Positions 10,956 to 20,242 of a DNA stretch of 51,152 nucleotides are shown piece by piece (the first letter of the stretch is position 1; each line of letters opens with the position of its first letter). Origin of the DNA: an uncultured Anaerolineae bacterium (lineage in GTDB: Bacteria > Chloroflexota > Anaerolineae > S016-19); contig CAZDOZ010000001.1 of assembly GCA_964507175.1 (NCBI GenBank), positions 1 to 51,152 of the forward strand, given 5' to 3'. The notes under the pieces were generated by a model. It was not told the DNA's origin, did no database searches, and was given only the letters and a program-made list of their open reading frames with translations. A program made the translations under genes and the position numbers.

Positions 10956-12548
10956 ATGTGGCCCTTCGTGAGGAAGTCCCTTCGGTCCACGACAGCGATT
11001 GCAGGAGAGGGCGGAGTGGATGAGAAGCACCCGGATATCTGGCGGGTTGCGGCAGGAGCGCTGGCGCTCCTGGCACCTTTGTTGGTTTATCTGCGCACCC
11101 TGGCCCCATCACTCACGTGGGCTCACGATGGCGCCGACGGCGGCGACTTCGTCACTGCAGCTCTTACGCGAGGTGTCCCACATCCTCCAGGGTATCCCAC
11201 ATATCTGGCGATGCTGCAGGGAACGCTCACACTCCCGTTTGGCAACCCTGCCTACAGGGCAAACATGCTTTCCGCTGTCTGTGCTGCGGGGGCGACGTTC
11301 TTCCTGTTTCTGGCAGTCCTCCAAATGCTGCCAGAACGCCCCTGGAATATCCCTGCCGCCCTGAGCGCATCGCTCATGTGGGCCTTCTCGCGCACCCTGT
11401 GGGGCCAGGCAGTCATCACAGAGGCATATGCGCCAGCGGCGTTATTTCTGTCTCTGATGCTATATCTCCTGATCCGGCATCAGGACAAAGCAAAAGGGAA
11501 GCATGGGGGTTGCCATCCCTTCCTGCTTGCTGCTTTCGTCGCCGGACTGGGAGTTGGGGTACACCTAACGCTGGTTCTGGCCCTGCCATTCTTTTTCCTG
11601 GAACCCAAACTGCACAGCAAATGCTGGGGCGGATCTGTCCTTGCTTTTGCCGCCGGCCTGGTTCCGTACTCAATGCTGCCGATCCTGGCGGCAGGGAATC
11701 CCCCAGTGGACTGGGGACATCCAGTCACGCTACACAATTTTCTCTGGGTTGTGTCCGGCGGGCCCTATCGGAGATTTTTCATGGCGGTGCCCGCTGGCGA
11801 GATCCCCGCCAGGGTGAGCAGTTGGGCCGGATGGCTGTGGCAGAACGGAGGATGGTGGGGGCTGCTCCCAGCGGCTGCTGGCATTTGGGCGATTTCGTCC
11901 CGCTGTCAGCGCTTCCTTCAGGCCTCACTGGTGTCGGCTTTCCTGTACTCGACTTACGCTATCACCTACAACACCTCGGACTCGTACGTCTACCTGATAC
12001 CTGTTGCGATGTTGATCGTCCCATGGACGGCGCATGGGTTGCTGTCGGCGGGCGAATGGGCCGGGAAATATCTGCCACCGGCGGCGATCGTTGCGGTGAT
12101 GGTGGCTCTCCCGCTGGCACCCCTTGCGCAGAACTGGGCGTATGCGGACCTGCACGAAAACAAAAAAGCAGACACGTTTGCCCGCGGGGCGCTTGCAGAA
12201 GCACCGCCTCATGCCATGATCCTGGTGAGCGGAGATGGAGAGACATTTGCCCTGTGGTATGCTCACTACGGATTGCATCTGCGTCCGGATGTGGCTGTAG
12301 TCAACAGGGATTTGTGGCTTCAGTTCGGGTGGTACAGGGCTACTCTGGAACGAGACCGCCCGGATTTTACGTGGGAAGACCCTGCGGGGATGCCGGTCTC
12401 GGTAGTGAGGCTCGTCTCTTTGAATATTCGGAGTCACCCCGTGTGCATGACTTACCGGAACGATGCCCTGGCGCGGGGGCGCGGTATCGTCAAGGGGAGA
12501 TTTCTTTGGAGGATATCGCCTGCTCCTCCGGCATCAAGCCGGCGATGA
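10956..12548 (+). CDS. DUF2723/TMEM260-like polytopic glycosyltransferase-family membrane protein
   Basis: AHDGADGGDFVTAALTRGVPHPPGYPTYL motif typical of DUF2723 proteins, with many TM helices. The ORF-track start at 10794 lies inside the kinase gene. I prefer ATG 10956, or GTG 11016 which has a GGAGAGGG RBS. Confidence 0.7.
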   Translation: MWPFVRKSLRSTTAIAGEGGVDEKHPDIWRVAAGALALLAPLLVYLRTLAPSLTWAHDGADGGDFVTAALTRGVPHPPGYPTYLAMLQGTLTLPFGNPAYRANMLSAVCAAGATFFLFLAVLQMLPERPWNIPAALSASLMWAFSRTLWGQAVITEAYAPAALFLSLMLYLLIRHQDKAKGKHGGCHPFLLAAFVAGLGVGVHLTLVLALPFFFLEPKLHSKCWGGSVLAFAAGLVPYSMLPILAAGNPPVDWGHPVTLHNFLWVVSGGPYRRFFMAVPAGEIPARVSSWAGWLWQNGGWWGLLPAAAGIWAISSRCQRFLQASLVSAFLYSTYAITYNTSDSYVYLIPVAMLIVPWTAHGLLSAGEWAGKYLPPAAIVAVMVALPLAPLAQNWAYADLHENKKADTFARGALAEAPPHAMILVSGDGETFALWYAHYGLHLRPDVAVVNRDLWLQFGWYRATLERDRPDFTWEDPAGMPVSVVRLVSLNIRSHPVCMTYRNDALARGRGIVKGRFLWRISPAPPASSRR

Positions 12549-13050
12549 GGTGAACTTTCACCTTACCGTTTTCTGGGTCGACGTCGAGGATTACTTCATC
12601 GGTATCCGGGAGGAGCACTTCACCGAGAGGCCCTCTGACCACATAAACATCGTTCGCCCCTGTCTCGATTACCTCGGTTATCTCACCCAACTCGCGCCCA
12701 TCGTCCGATACTACTTCCAGGCCTAGCATCTGGTAGACATAATACTCCCCTTCCTCCAGCGGTGCTGTCTCCTCGATAGGGATTTGGAGAAGTTCCCCTC
12801 GCAGTCCCTCGACGGAGTTCCGGTCGGGGTATCCCTCCAATTTCAGAAGCACGAACTGCTTGAAAAAGCGTGCTGAGTCCACCTGCACGGGGGTGGAGCT
12901 CCTGCTAAGATACAGGCGCGGGCGTTCCATGAAGCGATCAGGGAAGTCGGTCATTATTTCCACTTTAACCTCACCCCTGACGCCGTGCGGGGCCAGGATT
13001 CTTCCCACAGTCACGTATTTCGGGTTGATACGTTTGTTTTGCCTCTTCAT
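12490..13050 (-). CDS. rimM: 16S rRNA processing protein RimM
   Basis: VTVGRILAPHGVRGEVKV N-terminal signature and a PRC-barrel C-terminus. Lies downstream of rpsP and the KH gene, as in the conserved operon. Confidence 0.88.
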   Translation of the reverse strand: MKRQNKRINPKYVTVGRILAPHGVRGEVKVEIMTDFPDRFMERPRLYLSRSSTPVQVDSARFFKQFVLLKLEGYPDRNSVEGLRGELLQIPIEETAPLEEGEYYVYQMLGLEVVSDDGRELGEITEVIETGANDVYVVRGPLGEVLLPDTDEVILDVDPENGKVKVHLIAGLMPEEQAISSKEISP

Positions 13051-13375
13051 GAGTGATCATTACCCATATCTTGCTTTCCCACGTCCTCCCGAGTGATCCA
13101 CAGCGCGAGGCGTTGCTCAAGCGGAAAGAAACGCTGTCGAGCTCGAATGGAAGAAAACGCCAGGCCGCAAAGGAACGAAAGACGCAGAGAAATTTCGAGA
13201 ACCGCTGCATCTTTGCCTCTTTGCGGCCCTGCGCGTTGGAAAGATAGATCTCTTGCCAGGGGGTTTCGGCGGGCTCTCGCCTTTGCTACTTTGTTTCTCA
13301 GCAGCTTAGCCTCCGGCGAGGCGAGAAATCTTATGCACAATCGAAGGGATCAGCGGAATAGCGACCCCTTGTGGA

Positions 13376-13606
13376 TCACCGGATTTTCAGGGATATGTTC
13401 CGGTTCCCCCGTTTCGCCGCCGCTGCCTTCAAGACCGCCCTGATAGCAGAGGCGACCTGACCGCCCTTGCCAATGACCCTACCCGTATCCTCCGGAGCAA
13501 CGCGGAGCTCCAGTACCTGCTCGGACCGCCTGCGAAACGACCGGACTTTCACCTTGTCCGGACTGTCCACGAGAGAACGGGCTATGAATTCTACCAGTTC
13601 CTTCAT
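13376..13606 (-). CDS. KH-domain RNA-binding protein (UPF0109/YlqC family)
   Basis: 76 aa with GRVIGKGGQ (GXXG KH motif). Conserved position between rpsP and rimM. Confidence 0.85.
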   Translation of the reverse strand: MKELVEFIARSLVDSPDKVKVRSFRRRSEQVLELRVAPEDTGRVIGKGGQVASAIRAVLKAAAAKRGNRNISLKIR

Positions 13607-13626
13607 AACATCCTTTCCACTGCTTC

Positions 13627-13908
13627 CTAAGCTGCCAGGGCGATCTCTTCGGATGCCTCCCTCTCGGAGCCAAAAAACCCTTGGGATTTCAGAATGCGCT
13701 CGACGCTTTCGGAAGGCTGAGCGCCCACGCCAAGCCAGTAGCGGATTCTATCCTCTTTCAGGACGACTGTGGGCGGCTCGGTGCGTGGGTTGTAGTGCCC
13801 AACGATTTCAATGAACCTGCCATCACGCGGGGAACGGCTGTCCGCCACCACAACGCGGTAGCTTGGCTGCTTCTTGGCACCTACACGTCGCAAACGAATT
13901 TTGACCAT
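13627..13908 (-). CDS. rpsP: 30S ribosomal protein S16
   Basis: The internal start [23 protein letters not shown] matches the canonical S16 N-terminus. The upstream 33 codons of the ORF were rejected. Confidence 0.92.
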   Translation of the reverse strand: MVKIRLRRVGAKKQPSYRVVVADSRSPRDGRFIEIVGHYNPRTEPPTVVLKEDRIRYWLGVGAQPSESVERILKSQGFFGSEREASEEIALAA

Positions 13909-14065
13909 CTTTACTCGTGATCCTCCTCGATTTTCCTTTTGTATGTCGTGGAGCGCCCTATTTGACCCCAGCACTGCCACGCTTTCTGTTTCTGATAAGA
14001 TGCACATCCGTGCCGGCGCACCGGATGTGGGTCTCTCTGCACCTGACGCGCTGCCGTATTGTAAC

Positions 14066-15391
14066 CTAATGAAGCATTTGCATCAAGTTCCCAAGCCCGC
14101 GGCCGGAAGAAAGCTGCTTCATAACTTTCTGCATCTGACGGAACTGCGATAGAAGTTCGTTTACCTCTTGCACCGTAGCGCCCGATCCCCTTGATATCCG
14201 ACGCTTGCGGCTCCCGTTGATTATCCTCGGGTTGCGCCTCTCCTCCAAAGTCATAGAGGATATGATCGCCTCCAACCGCTTGAATTGCTTGTCCGTCACC
14301 TCAGCAGGGACATCTTTGGCCAGTTTTGAGACCCCTGGAATCATCCCCATCAACTGACTCAGTGGGCCCATTTTCTTGATTTCCTGGAGCTGCTGCAGGA
14401 AATCGTCCAAATCGAAAGTGGAGGCCCGGAACTTCCTCTCCATCTCGGCGGCTTTGTCCCTGTCGATCGCGTGCTCCGCTCTCTCGATGAGGGTGAGAAC
14501 GTCCCCCATGCCCAGAATGCGGCTGGCAAGCCGATCAGGATAGAAAGGTTCGATGGCATCCAGTTTCTCGCCAACCCCCAGGAACTTGATTGGCACACCT
14601 GTAACCGCCCGAACCGACAGAGCCGCACCGCCTCGCGCATCGCCATCCACTTTGGTCAAAATGAGGCCGGTCAGGCCCACGCGCTTGTGAAACTCGCTTG
14701 CCACACGCACAGCGTCCTGCCCCGTCATTGCGTCCGCAACCAGGAGGGTATCCACTGGCTTTACGGCATCCCGTATTTCTTCCAGCTCCCGCATCATCTG
14801 GTCGTCGATGTGGAGCCGCCCGGCGGTGTCCAGGATAACGATGGAATGAGCACCTTCTCTGGCAGCCTTGAGCGCGTTCTTGCAGATCTTCGGCGGTGCT
14901 ACCTTAGTGCCTTCACTGTGAACCGGTATTCCAAGTTGCTTCCCCAGCACCTCGATCTGAGTCACGGCGGCCGGGCGATACGTGTCCGCTGCAACCAGGA
15001 GCGGCCTGTGCCCGGATTTTCTGAGCAGGTTTGCAAGCTTTGCCGCTGTGGTGGTCTTGCCGGAGCCCTGCAGCCCTACCAGCATGATCACGTATGGCTG
15101 CGGGCCTTTCAGGTTCAGCTTCTCCGGCTCGCCAAGGGTGTGGATCAGTTCCTCGTGGACTATCTTGATGACCTGCTGGGCCGGCGTAAGGCTCTTGGTG
15201 ACCTCGGCGCCTACGGCTCTCTTCTTCACCCTGGCGACGAAATCCTTCACTACTTTATAGTTGACATCCGCTTCCAACAACGCAAGGCGCACCTCGCGCA
15301 GCGCGGCGTCTACGTCCTGCTCCGAAAGCTTACCGCGAGTCGCCAGCTTGTCGAAAACTCCCTGTAGTTTGTCACTTAGATTATCGAACAC
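14066..15391 (-). CDS. ffh: signal recognition particle protein Ffh
   Basis: GTG start. N domain [10 protein letters not shown], GTPase motifs [10 protein letters not shown] / DTAGR / TKVDGD, and a methionine-rich M domain. Confidence 0.95.
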   Translation of the reverse strand: MFDNLSDKLQGVFDKLATRGKLSEQDVDAALREVRLALLEADVNYKVVKDFVARVKKRAVGAEVTKSLTPAQQVIKIVHEELIHTLGEPEKLNLKGPQPYVIMLVGLQGSGKTTTAAKLANLLRKSGHRPLLVAADTYRPAAVTQIEVLGKQLGIPVHSEGTKVAPPKICKNALKAAREGAHSIVILDTAGRLHIDDQMMRELEEIRDAVKPVDTLLVADAMTGQDAVRVASEFHKRVGLTGLILTKVDGDARGGAALSVRAVTGVPIKFLGVGEKLDAIEPFYPDRLASRILGMGDVLTLIERAEHAIDRDKAAEMERKFRASTFDLDDFLQQLQEIKKMGPLSQLMGMIPGVSKLAKDVPAEVTDKQFKRLEAIISSMTLEERRNPRIINGSRKRRISRGSGATVQEVNELLSQFRQMQKVMKQLSSGRGLGNLMQMLH

Positions 15392-15453
15392 CTGTGTTTC
15401 CCCTATGCATCTATGCTACCCAGGGCATCGTTAATGCACCTGGACAACAAAGA

Positions 15454-15482
15454 ATTCTACTATATGCCCACTCGACCGTCAA
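15454..15482 (-). promoter_or_regulatory. sigma70-type promoter candidate for ffh operon
   Basis: On the minus strand: TTGACG (15482-15477), 17-nt spacer, TAGAAT (15459-15454). The -35 is one arm of the palindrome CGTCAAATTGACG. Confidence 0.4.
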
Positions 15483-15483
15483 A

Positions 15484-15513
15484 TTGACGATACTCCCCAG
15501 GGCAGGTTATAAT
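15484..15513 (+). promoter_or_regulatory. sigma70-type promoter candidate for yqeY-pgpH-ybeY-dgkA
   Basis: TTGACG (15484-15489), 18-nt spacer, TATAAT (15508-15513). Confidence 0.45.
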
Positions 15514-15581
15514 TGTTGTTGTGCATCGACACAAAGCAAGATCGCCCGTCAGCAAATGACAACCATAGGAGGCATAAATTC

Positions 15582-16040
15582 ATGGGACTCAAGGAACAGA
15601 TAGACCGAGACCTCAAAGAAGCCATGCGGAGCGGGGACAAGACGCGCAAGCTGGCGCTCCGATCTCTGAAAACCGCCATGCTGAATGCAGAGAAATCAGG
15701 CGAAAAAGCACACGAGCTGAGCGATCAGGAGATCGTTTCCATAATCATGAGGGAGGTAAAACAGCGCCGGGATTCCATAGAGGAATATCGGAAAGGAGGG
15801 CGCGAGGACCTGGCGGCCGATGAAGAGGCTGAGATGAGAGTTCTTGGAACCTATCTGCCCAAAATGATGACGGAAGAGGAGATCGAGGTCAAGGCCAGAG
15901 AGGTAATAGCCAGAGTTGGAGCGCAGGATCTGCACGATATCGGCAAAGTTATGAAGCCACTCATGGCAGAGCTCAGGGGCAAAGCCGACGGGGCCGTCGC
16001 GAATAAAGTCGTCAGAGACCTGCTGTCGGGCAGGGCTTGA
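15582..16040 (+). CDS. yqeY: GatB/YqeY domain protein
   Basis: MGLKEQIDRDLKEAMRSGDK..LR.LK.A matches the YqeY family. AGGAGG RBS precedes ATG 15582. The upstream TTG extension was rejected. Confidence 0.8.
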   Translation: MGLKEQIDRDLKEAMRSGDKTRKLALRSLKTAMLNAEKSGEKAHELSDQEIVSIIMREVKQRRDSIEEYRKGGREDLAADEEAEMRVLGTYLPKMMTEEEIEVKAREVIARVGAQDLHDIGKVMKPLMAELRGKADGAVANKVVRDLLSGRA

Positions 16041-16052
16041 CAGGGGGTATCC

Positions 16053-18290
16053 GTGAACGAGCCTGGAAACGCCGCAAAGCCGCTGTTCGCTGATGCCATT
16101 GACACGAAGCAATTGGAACAGTTTTTCCTTCAGGCGCAGGAACTGAGGCGACAGCGCATCCAGCCGTCGGAACGTGTCAGGGGAATCATCTACGGCATCA
16201 TCTTCACCGTGCTCACCGCCATCATCCTGCTTCTCCCCACGCCATGGGAGGGACGGGTGAGCCTCAAAGTCGGTGATGTGAGTTCTGTGGACATACGCGC
16301 CCCGCGCCGACTCAGCTATGTCAGCAAAGTGTTGACGGAGCAGGAACGAAAAAGAGCAGCAGCATCAGTGCCGAACTACTATTTTCCTCCAGATCCCCGG
16401 ATACTGCGCCAGCAACTTACCCAGGCTCACAACATCCTCGACTACATAACCACTGTGAGAAAAGACCCTTACGCGACCCCACAGGAAAAGGAATCTTACC
16501 TCAAAGCGATTGCCAGCGTTTCTCTCTCCGACGACGCTGTAAGCGACATCCTGAGGATGTCCGATCCCCGATGGCAAAGAACCGAAGAAGAGGTTGATTC
16601 CGTATTGAGCCGTGCTATGAGCAGGGAGATCCGGGAGAATCAGCTGGCAGAAGCACGGCGTTCTGTTCCCACCCTCGTCAGCGCCTACCTGAGCGACGAC
16701 CAGATCCTCGTGGTTGAAGAGATGGTCAGACAGTTGCTGCGTCCGAATACGCTCTATGACAAGGCCAAGACAGAGGCGGCGCGGGAGGCAGCGCGGGAGG
16801 CAGTCAAGCCAGTCACGGTAACCTACGAGCGGGGAAAGACCATCGTCAGGGCTGGGGATGTGGTTACCGAGTCGGAGATGGAGGCGCTGGAGAAATTTGG
16901 CTTGGTGGCCGAGCGGTTCAGCTGGCGCAGGGTGATCGGCATTGTGTTGCTGGTGCTGATGATGACGGCTTCCGTGGGGATGGGATTGTACGTCGAGGAT
17001 TCCTACTGGCTTGACTCTGCACAGCCACGCTTGCTGACGGCGACTTTTCTGGCTTTTGTCATCGTGGCAAAGTTCATGGTGCCACAACACGTACTCCTTC
17101 CGTATTTCTACCCACTGGCAGTGCTATCTATGATGATCGCCACGACCATGAGCCTGCGCATGGCAGTGTTCGCTACAGTGGCCTTTGGCGTGCTGGTAGG
17201 CTATCTGTCGGGCAATTCGTTCGTACTGAGTGCCACCCTCACCCTTGGCTCCGTGGCCGCCCCGGTGGTTCTCGGCCGCGCCGATAGGCTCAACAGATTC
17301 ATGTGGGCCGGGATAGCCATGGCTCTCACATCTCTCTTGTCCTTCCTCGCTTTCACGGAAGTAGGCCTCACGCTGGGGATGACTGGTGTGTTTCAGGCCG
17401 GGTCGGCACTCATTCTCAACGGAGTGTTCTCCACTGGCCTCACCATAATCCTCTTCTACCTGATGGGGGGATGGCTGAACGTAACCACCCCGTTGCAGCT
17501 CATAGAGCTTTCGAGACCTACATCGCCGCTCCTGCGTCAGCTTTTGCTGAAAGCTCCCGGCACCTACCACCACAGCCTGATCGTGGCAAACATGGCTGAA
17601 AGAGCCGCCGACGCTGTGGGCGCCGATCCTTTCCTGATCCGGGTTGGGGCTTACTACCACGACGTGGGGAAGACAAACAATCCCCATTTCTTCGCGGAAA
17701 ATCAGGCAGAAGGAATGAACCCTCATTCACGCCTCGACCCGCACACCAGTGCCCAAATCATCATAAGCCACGTTCAAGAGGGGGTGAAGCTGGCAGACAA
17801 GTATCACCTACCCAGGGAGATCAAAAATTTCATCTCGGAGCACCACGGCACCATGCTGGTACGCTATTTCTACGTGAAAGCCATCGAGGAGGCCGGAGAC
17901 CCCAGCAAGGTCGACGAGGCGGATTTCCGATATCCAGGCCCAAAACCACAGCAGAAGGAAACAGCGATACTCATGCTTGCGGACGGAGTGGAAGCAGCAG
18001 TAAGAGCATCTGCTCCGCGCACCCAGGAGGAAATAGACCGCATAGTCCGGCATATTTTCGCCGAGAGGATACTGGACGGCCAGTTGGACGAGAGCAACCT
18101 GACCATGTACGACTTCAACGCCATCCGGATGGCGTTCCTGGAGGTGCTAAAAGGGCTGTACCACCCCAGGGTAAAGTACCCTGAGCTGAAAGACACCGAG
18201 GGTGGCACCACTGAGGGAAGGAAATCGGAGGTACAAGAGAGTGGGGAGAACAAAGAACCAGCGACTGACGGTGCACCTGCAGGTAGATGA
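16053..18290 (+). CDS. pgpH: 7TM-HD membrane phosphohydrolase (PgpH/YqfF family, cyclic-di-AMP phosphodiesterase-like)
   Basis: Extracellular N-terminal domain, seven-helix block, then an HD domain (HHSLIVANMAE..YYHDVGK..HHG). Confidence 0.85.
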   Translation: MNEPGNAAKPLFADAIDTKQLEQFFLQAQELRRQRIQPSERVRGIIYGIIFTVLTAIILLLPTPWEGRVSLKVGDVSSVDIRAPRRLSYVSKVLTEQERKRAAASVPNYYFPPDPRILRQQLTQAHNILDYITTVRKDPYATPQEKESYLKAIASVSLSDDAVSDILRMSDPRWQRTEEEVDSVLSRAMSREIRENQLAEARRSVPTLVSAYLSDDQILVVEEMVRQLLRPNTLYDKAKTEAAREAAREAVKPVTVTYERGKTIVRAGDVVTESEMEALEKFGLVAERFSWRRVIGIVLLVLMMTASVGMGLYVEDSYWLDSAQPRLLTATFLAFVIVAKFMVPQHVLLPYFYPLAVLSMMIATTMSLRMAVFATVAFGVLVGYLSGNSFVLSATLTLGSVAAPVVLGRADRLNRFMWAGIAMALTSLLSFLAFTEVGLTLGMTGVFQAGSALILNGVFSTGLTIILFYLMGGWLNVTTPLQLIELSRPTSPLLRQLLLKAPGTYHHSLIVANMAERAADAVGADPFLIRVGAYYHDVGKTNNPHFFAENQAEGMNPHSRLDPHTSAQIIISHVQEGVKLADKYHLPREIKNFISEHHGTMLVRYFYVKAIEEAGDPSKVDEADFRYPGPKPQQKETAILMLADGVEAAVRASAPRTQEEIDRIVRHIFAERILDGQLDESNLTMYDFNAIRMAFLEVLKGLYHPRVKYPELKDTEGGTTEGRKSEVQESGENKEPATDGAPAGR

Positions 18291-18738
18291 ACCATTTGCC
18301 ACCCTCGTGGATCAGGGGGACCTGGAAGCCGCTGCAGTTGAGACTCTGGAAAGCGAGAACGTAGTCGAGGGTGAGATGACGGTGGTGGTCACGGACGACG
18401 AGACCGTGCGCGGCCTGAACCGGCAATACCGTGGGGTGGATGCACCCACCGATGTCCTCTCGTTTCAAACCGGAGGGGATGATCAGGGATTTGTCTCTTC
18501 GCCGGAGTCCGCCGGGTACCTGGGGGACGTGGTGATCGCCTATCCATTCACTGCAGTTCAGGCTAAAGAGGCGGGCCGGTCCGTACAGCACGACCTGATT
18601 CTTATGGTGATCCATGGCACTCTGCACCTGCTGGGATACGATCACGCCACCTCGGAAGAGGAAAGAGAGATGTGGAAGAAGCAGGATGCCATCCTGCGCC
18701 GTCTGACCGGAGACCAGCCATCGGACACCCCCGAATAG
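18271..18738 (+). CDS. ybeY: rRNA maturation endoribonuclease YbeY
   Basis: Metal site HGTLHLLGYDH and NRQYRGVDAPTDVLSF. Start is ambiguous: GTG 18271 is preferred, GTG 18202 is possible. Either start overlaps the pgpH end. Confidence 0.85.
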   Translation: MHLQVDEPFATLVDQGDLEAAAVETLESENVVEGEMTVVVTDDETVRGLNRQYRGVDAPTDVLSFQTGGDDQGFVSSPESAGYLGDVVIAYPFTAVQAKEAGRSVQHDLILMVIHGTLHLLGYDHATSEEEREMWKKQDAILRRLTGDQPSDTPE

Positions 18739-18755
18739 GATGCATGCGAGGAGAA

Positions 18756-19142
18756 ATGATGAAAAGCCAAAGCCTCCTGCACAGCTTCAAATATGCTCTG
18801 GAAGGCATCGGCTATACCCTTCGCACGCAGCGGAACGCCAAAATTCACATCACCATAGCCGCCGCCGTGGTCGTGGTCGGAGTATGGCTCCGGGTTGCTC
18901 CGGTGGAGTGGGGTGTGCTCTTCCTGACCATAGGGGCAGTCTTCAGCGCAGAGATGCTGAATACCGTCGTGGAAACCATCATAGACGCCCAGATTGAGGA
19001 GTTCCATCCCCTGGCAAAGATCGCAAAGGATGTATCCGCAGGTGCTGTGTTCGTAATATCTGTGATCGCCGTCCTGGTTGGACTCTGCATCCTGGGGCCG
19101 CCATTGTGGGCCAAGCTGGCACCGGTGCTGGGTTTCCTGTAG
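18756..19142 (+). CDS. dgkA: diacylglycerol/undecaprenol kinase (DgkA family)
   Basis: MMKSQSLLHSFKYALEGI..RNAKIH..EMLNTVVETIID..AKDVSAGAV, with three TM helices. Confidence 0.85.
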   Translation: MMKSQSLLHSFKYALEGIGYTLRTQRNAKIHITIAAAVVVVGVWLRVAPVEWGVLFLTIGAVFSAEMLNTVVETIIDAQIEEFHPLAKIAKDVSAGAVFVISVIAVLVGLCILGPPLWAKLAPVLGFL

Positions 19143-19158
19143 GGCTCGCGCGCGTGGC

Positions 19159-19187
19159 TTGACAACAGAGTGAGAGCGTTCCATAAT
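19159..19187 (+). promoter_or_regulatory. sigma70-type promoter candidate for first Rpn gene
   Basis: TTGACA (19159-19164), 17-nt spacer, CATAAT (19182-19187), 24 nt upstream of ATG 19211. Confidence 0.4.
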
Positions 19188-19210
19188 TTCGATGAGAAGG
19201 ACGTGCCAGA

Positions 19211-20242
19211 ATGGGCGAAAGCAGTGAGATATCCAACGTTCACGACCATTTCTTCAAGGAGGTGTTCTCCAGGAAAGAAACGGCCAGCAACCTCATTGAG
19301 CGATTCCTTCCTGCGGAGGTGGTGAGGATACTTGATCTCTCGTCCCTGGAGAGCAGCAAGGGTTCATTTGTGGATCCTGAGCTACGCGAGCACTACTCCG
19401 ACCTGTTGTACAGGGTGGATATACGAGGGGGTGGTGCTGCTTACGTTTACGTGCTGTTTGAGCACAAAAGCTACCCTGACAGGCAGGTAGCGTTTCAAGT
19501 ATTGCGCTACATGGTGCGGATATGGGAGCACATGGTAAGGCAGGGGGAACGGCTGGTTCCTATAATTCCGATGGTGGTGTATCACGGGCTTGGCAGGTGG
19601 AGAGTAGGGGATAGCTTTGGTGAGTTGTTGAATTCGCCGGAGGAGTTGAAGGCTTTCCAGCCGGACTACAGGTACCAGCTTCTTGATCTTTCTCGGTACA
19701 GTGACGAAGAGTTGAAGTCAGGGGTGCTGAGGGGTGTTCACCTGCTGTTGTTGAAGTACATTTTGCGTCCTGACCTGAGGGAGCACGTGTGGGAGATATT
19801 CTCGTTGATGGAGGACCTTCTGGCGCGGGAGGATGGGCTGGAGTGGTTGGAGGTCATGATAAGGTATCTGTCTCAGGCTACGGACAGGATCACTGAGGAG
19901 GAGCTACGGGAAGCTGTCGAGTCAGTATTTGCAGAGGAGGGAGGTAGGATCATGGGAACCATAGCTGAGAAATGGGTAGAGCAAGGCCTGGAGCAAGGGA
20001 TAAAGCAGGGTCTGGATCAAGGCCTGGCAGAAGGATTCCGGAAAGGGCTTCTTTCTGGCATAGAGATGGGGCTTGAACTTCGGTTTGGGTCGGCAGGGCT
20101 GAAGCTTCTGCCGGAGATCTACCGGGTAAAGAATGTGGCGGCGCTCCAGGCGATACATGAGGGGCTGAAGACAGCGTCCAGTCTGGAGGAGTTGCGGGAG
20201 ATATACCTTCCCTACGTGGAAAAGGGAAACAAAGAGGGATAA
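19211..20242 (+). CDS. Rpn-family recombination-promoting nuclease / putative transposase (PD-(D/E)XK, YhgA-like), copy 1
   Basis: N-terminal HDHFFKEVF signature. YRVD..x13..FEHK fits a D...ExK nuclease core. C-terminal repetitive helical EQGxxQG domain is typical of Rpn/DUF4351 tails. Confidence 0.85.
   Translation: MGESSEISNVHDHFFKEVFSRKETASNLIERFLPAEVVRILDLSSLESSKGSFVDPELREHYSDLLYRVDIRGGGAAYVYVLFEHKSYPDRQVAFQVLRYMVRIWEHMVRQGERLVPIIPMVVYHGLGRWRVGDSFGELLNSPEELKAFQPDYRYQLLDLSRYSDEELKSGVLRGVHLLLLKYILRPDLREHVWEIFSLMEDLLAREDGLEWLEVMIRYLSQATDRITEEELREAVESVFAEEGGRIMGTIAEKWVEQGLEQGIKQGLDQGLAEGFRKGLLSGIEMGLELRFGSAGLKLLPEIYRVKNVAALQAIHEGLKTASSLEELREIYLPYVEKGNKEG

Noticed and set aside
11117-12553. 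478-aa same-strand alternate-frame ORF inside the DUF2723 gene.
   Set aside because: It has the Arg/Gly/Cys/Ser/Pro-rich composition typical of stop-free shadow frames in GC-rich coding DNA. It has no motifs and no RBS.
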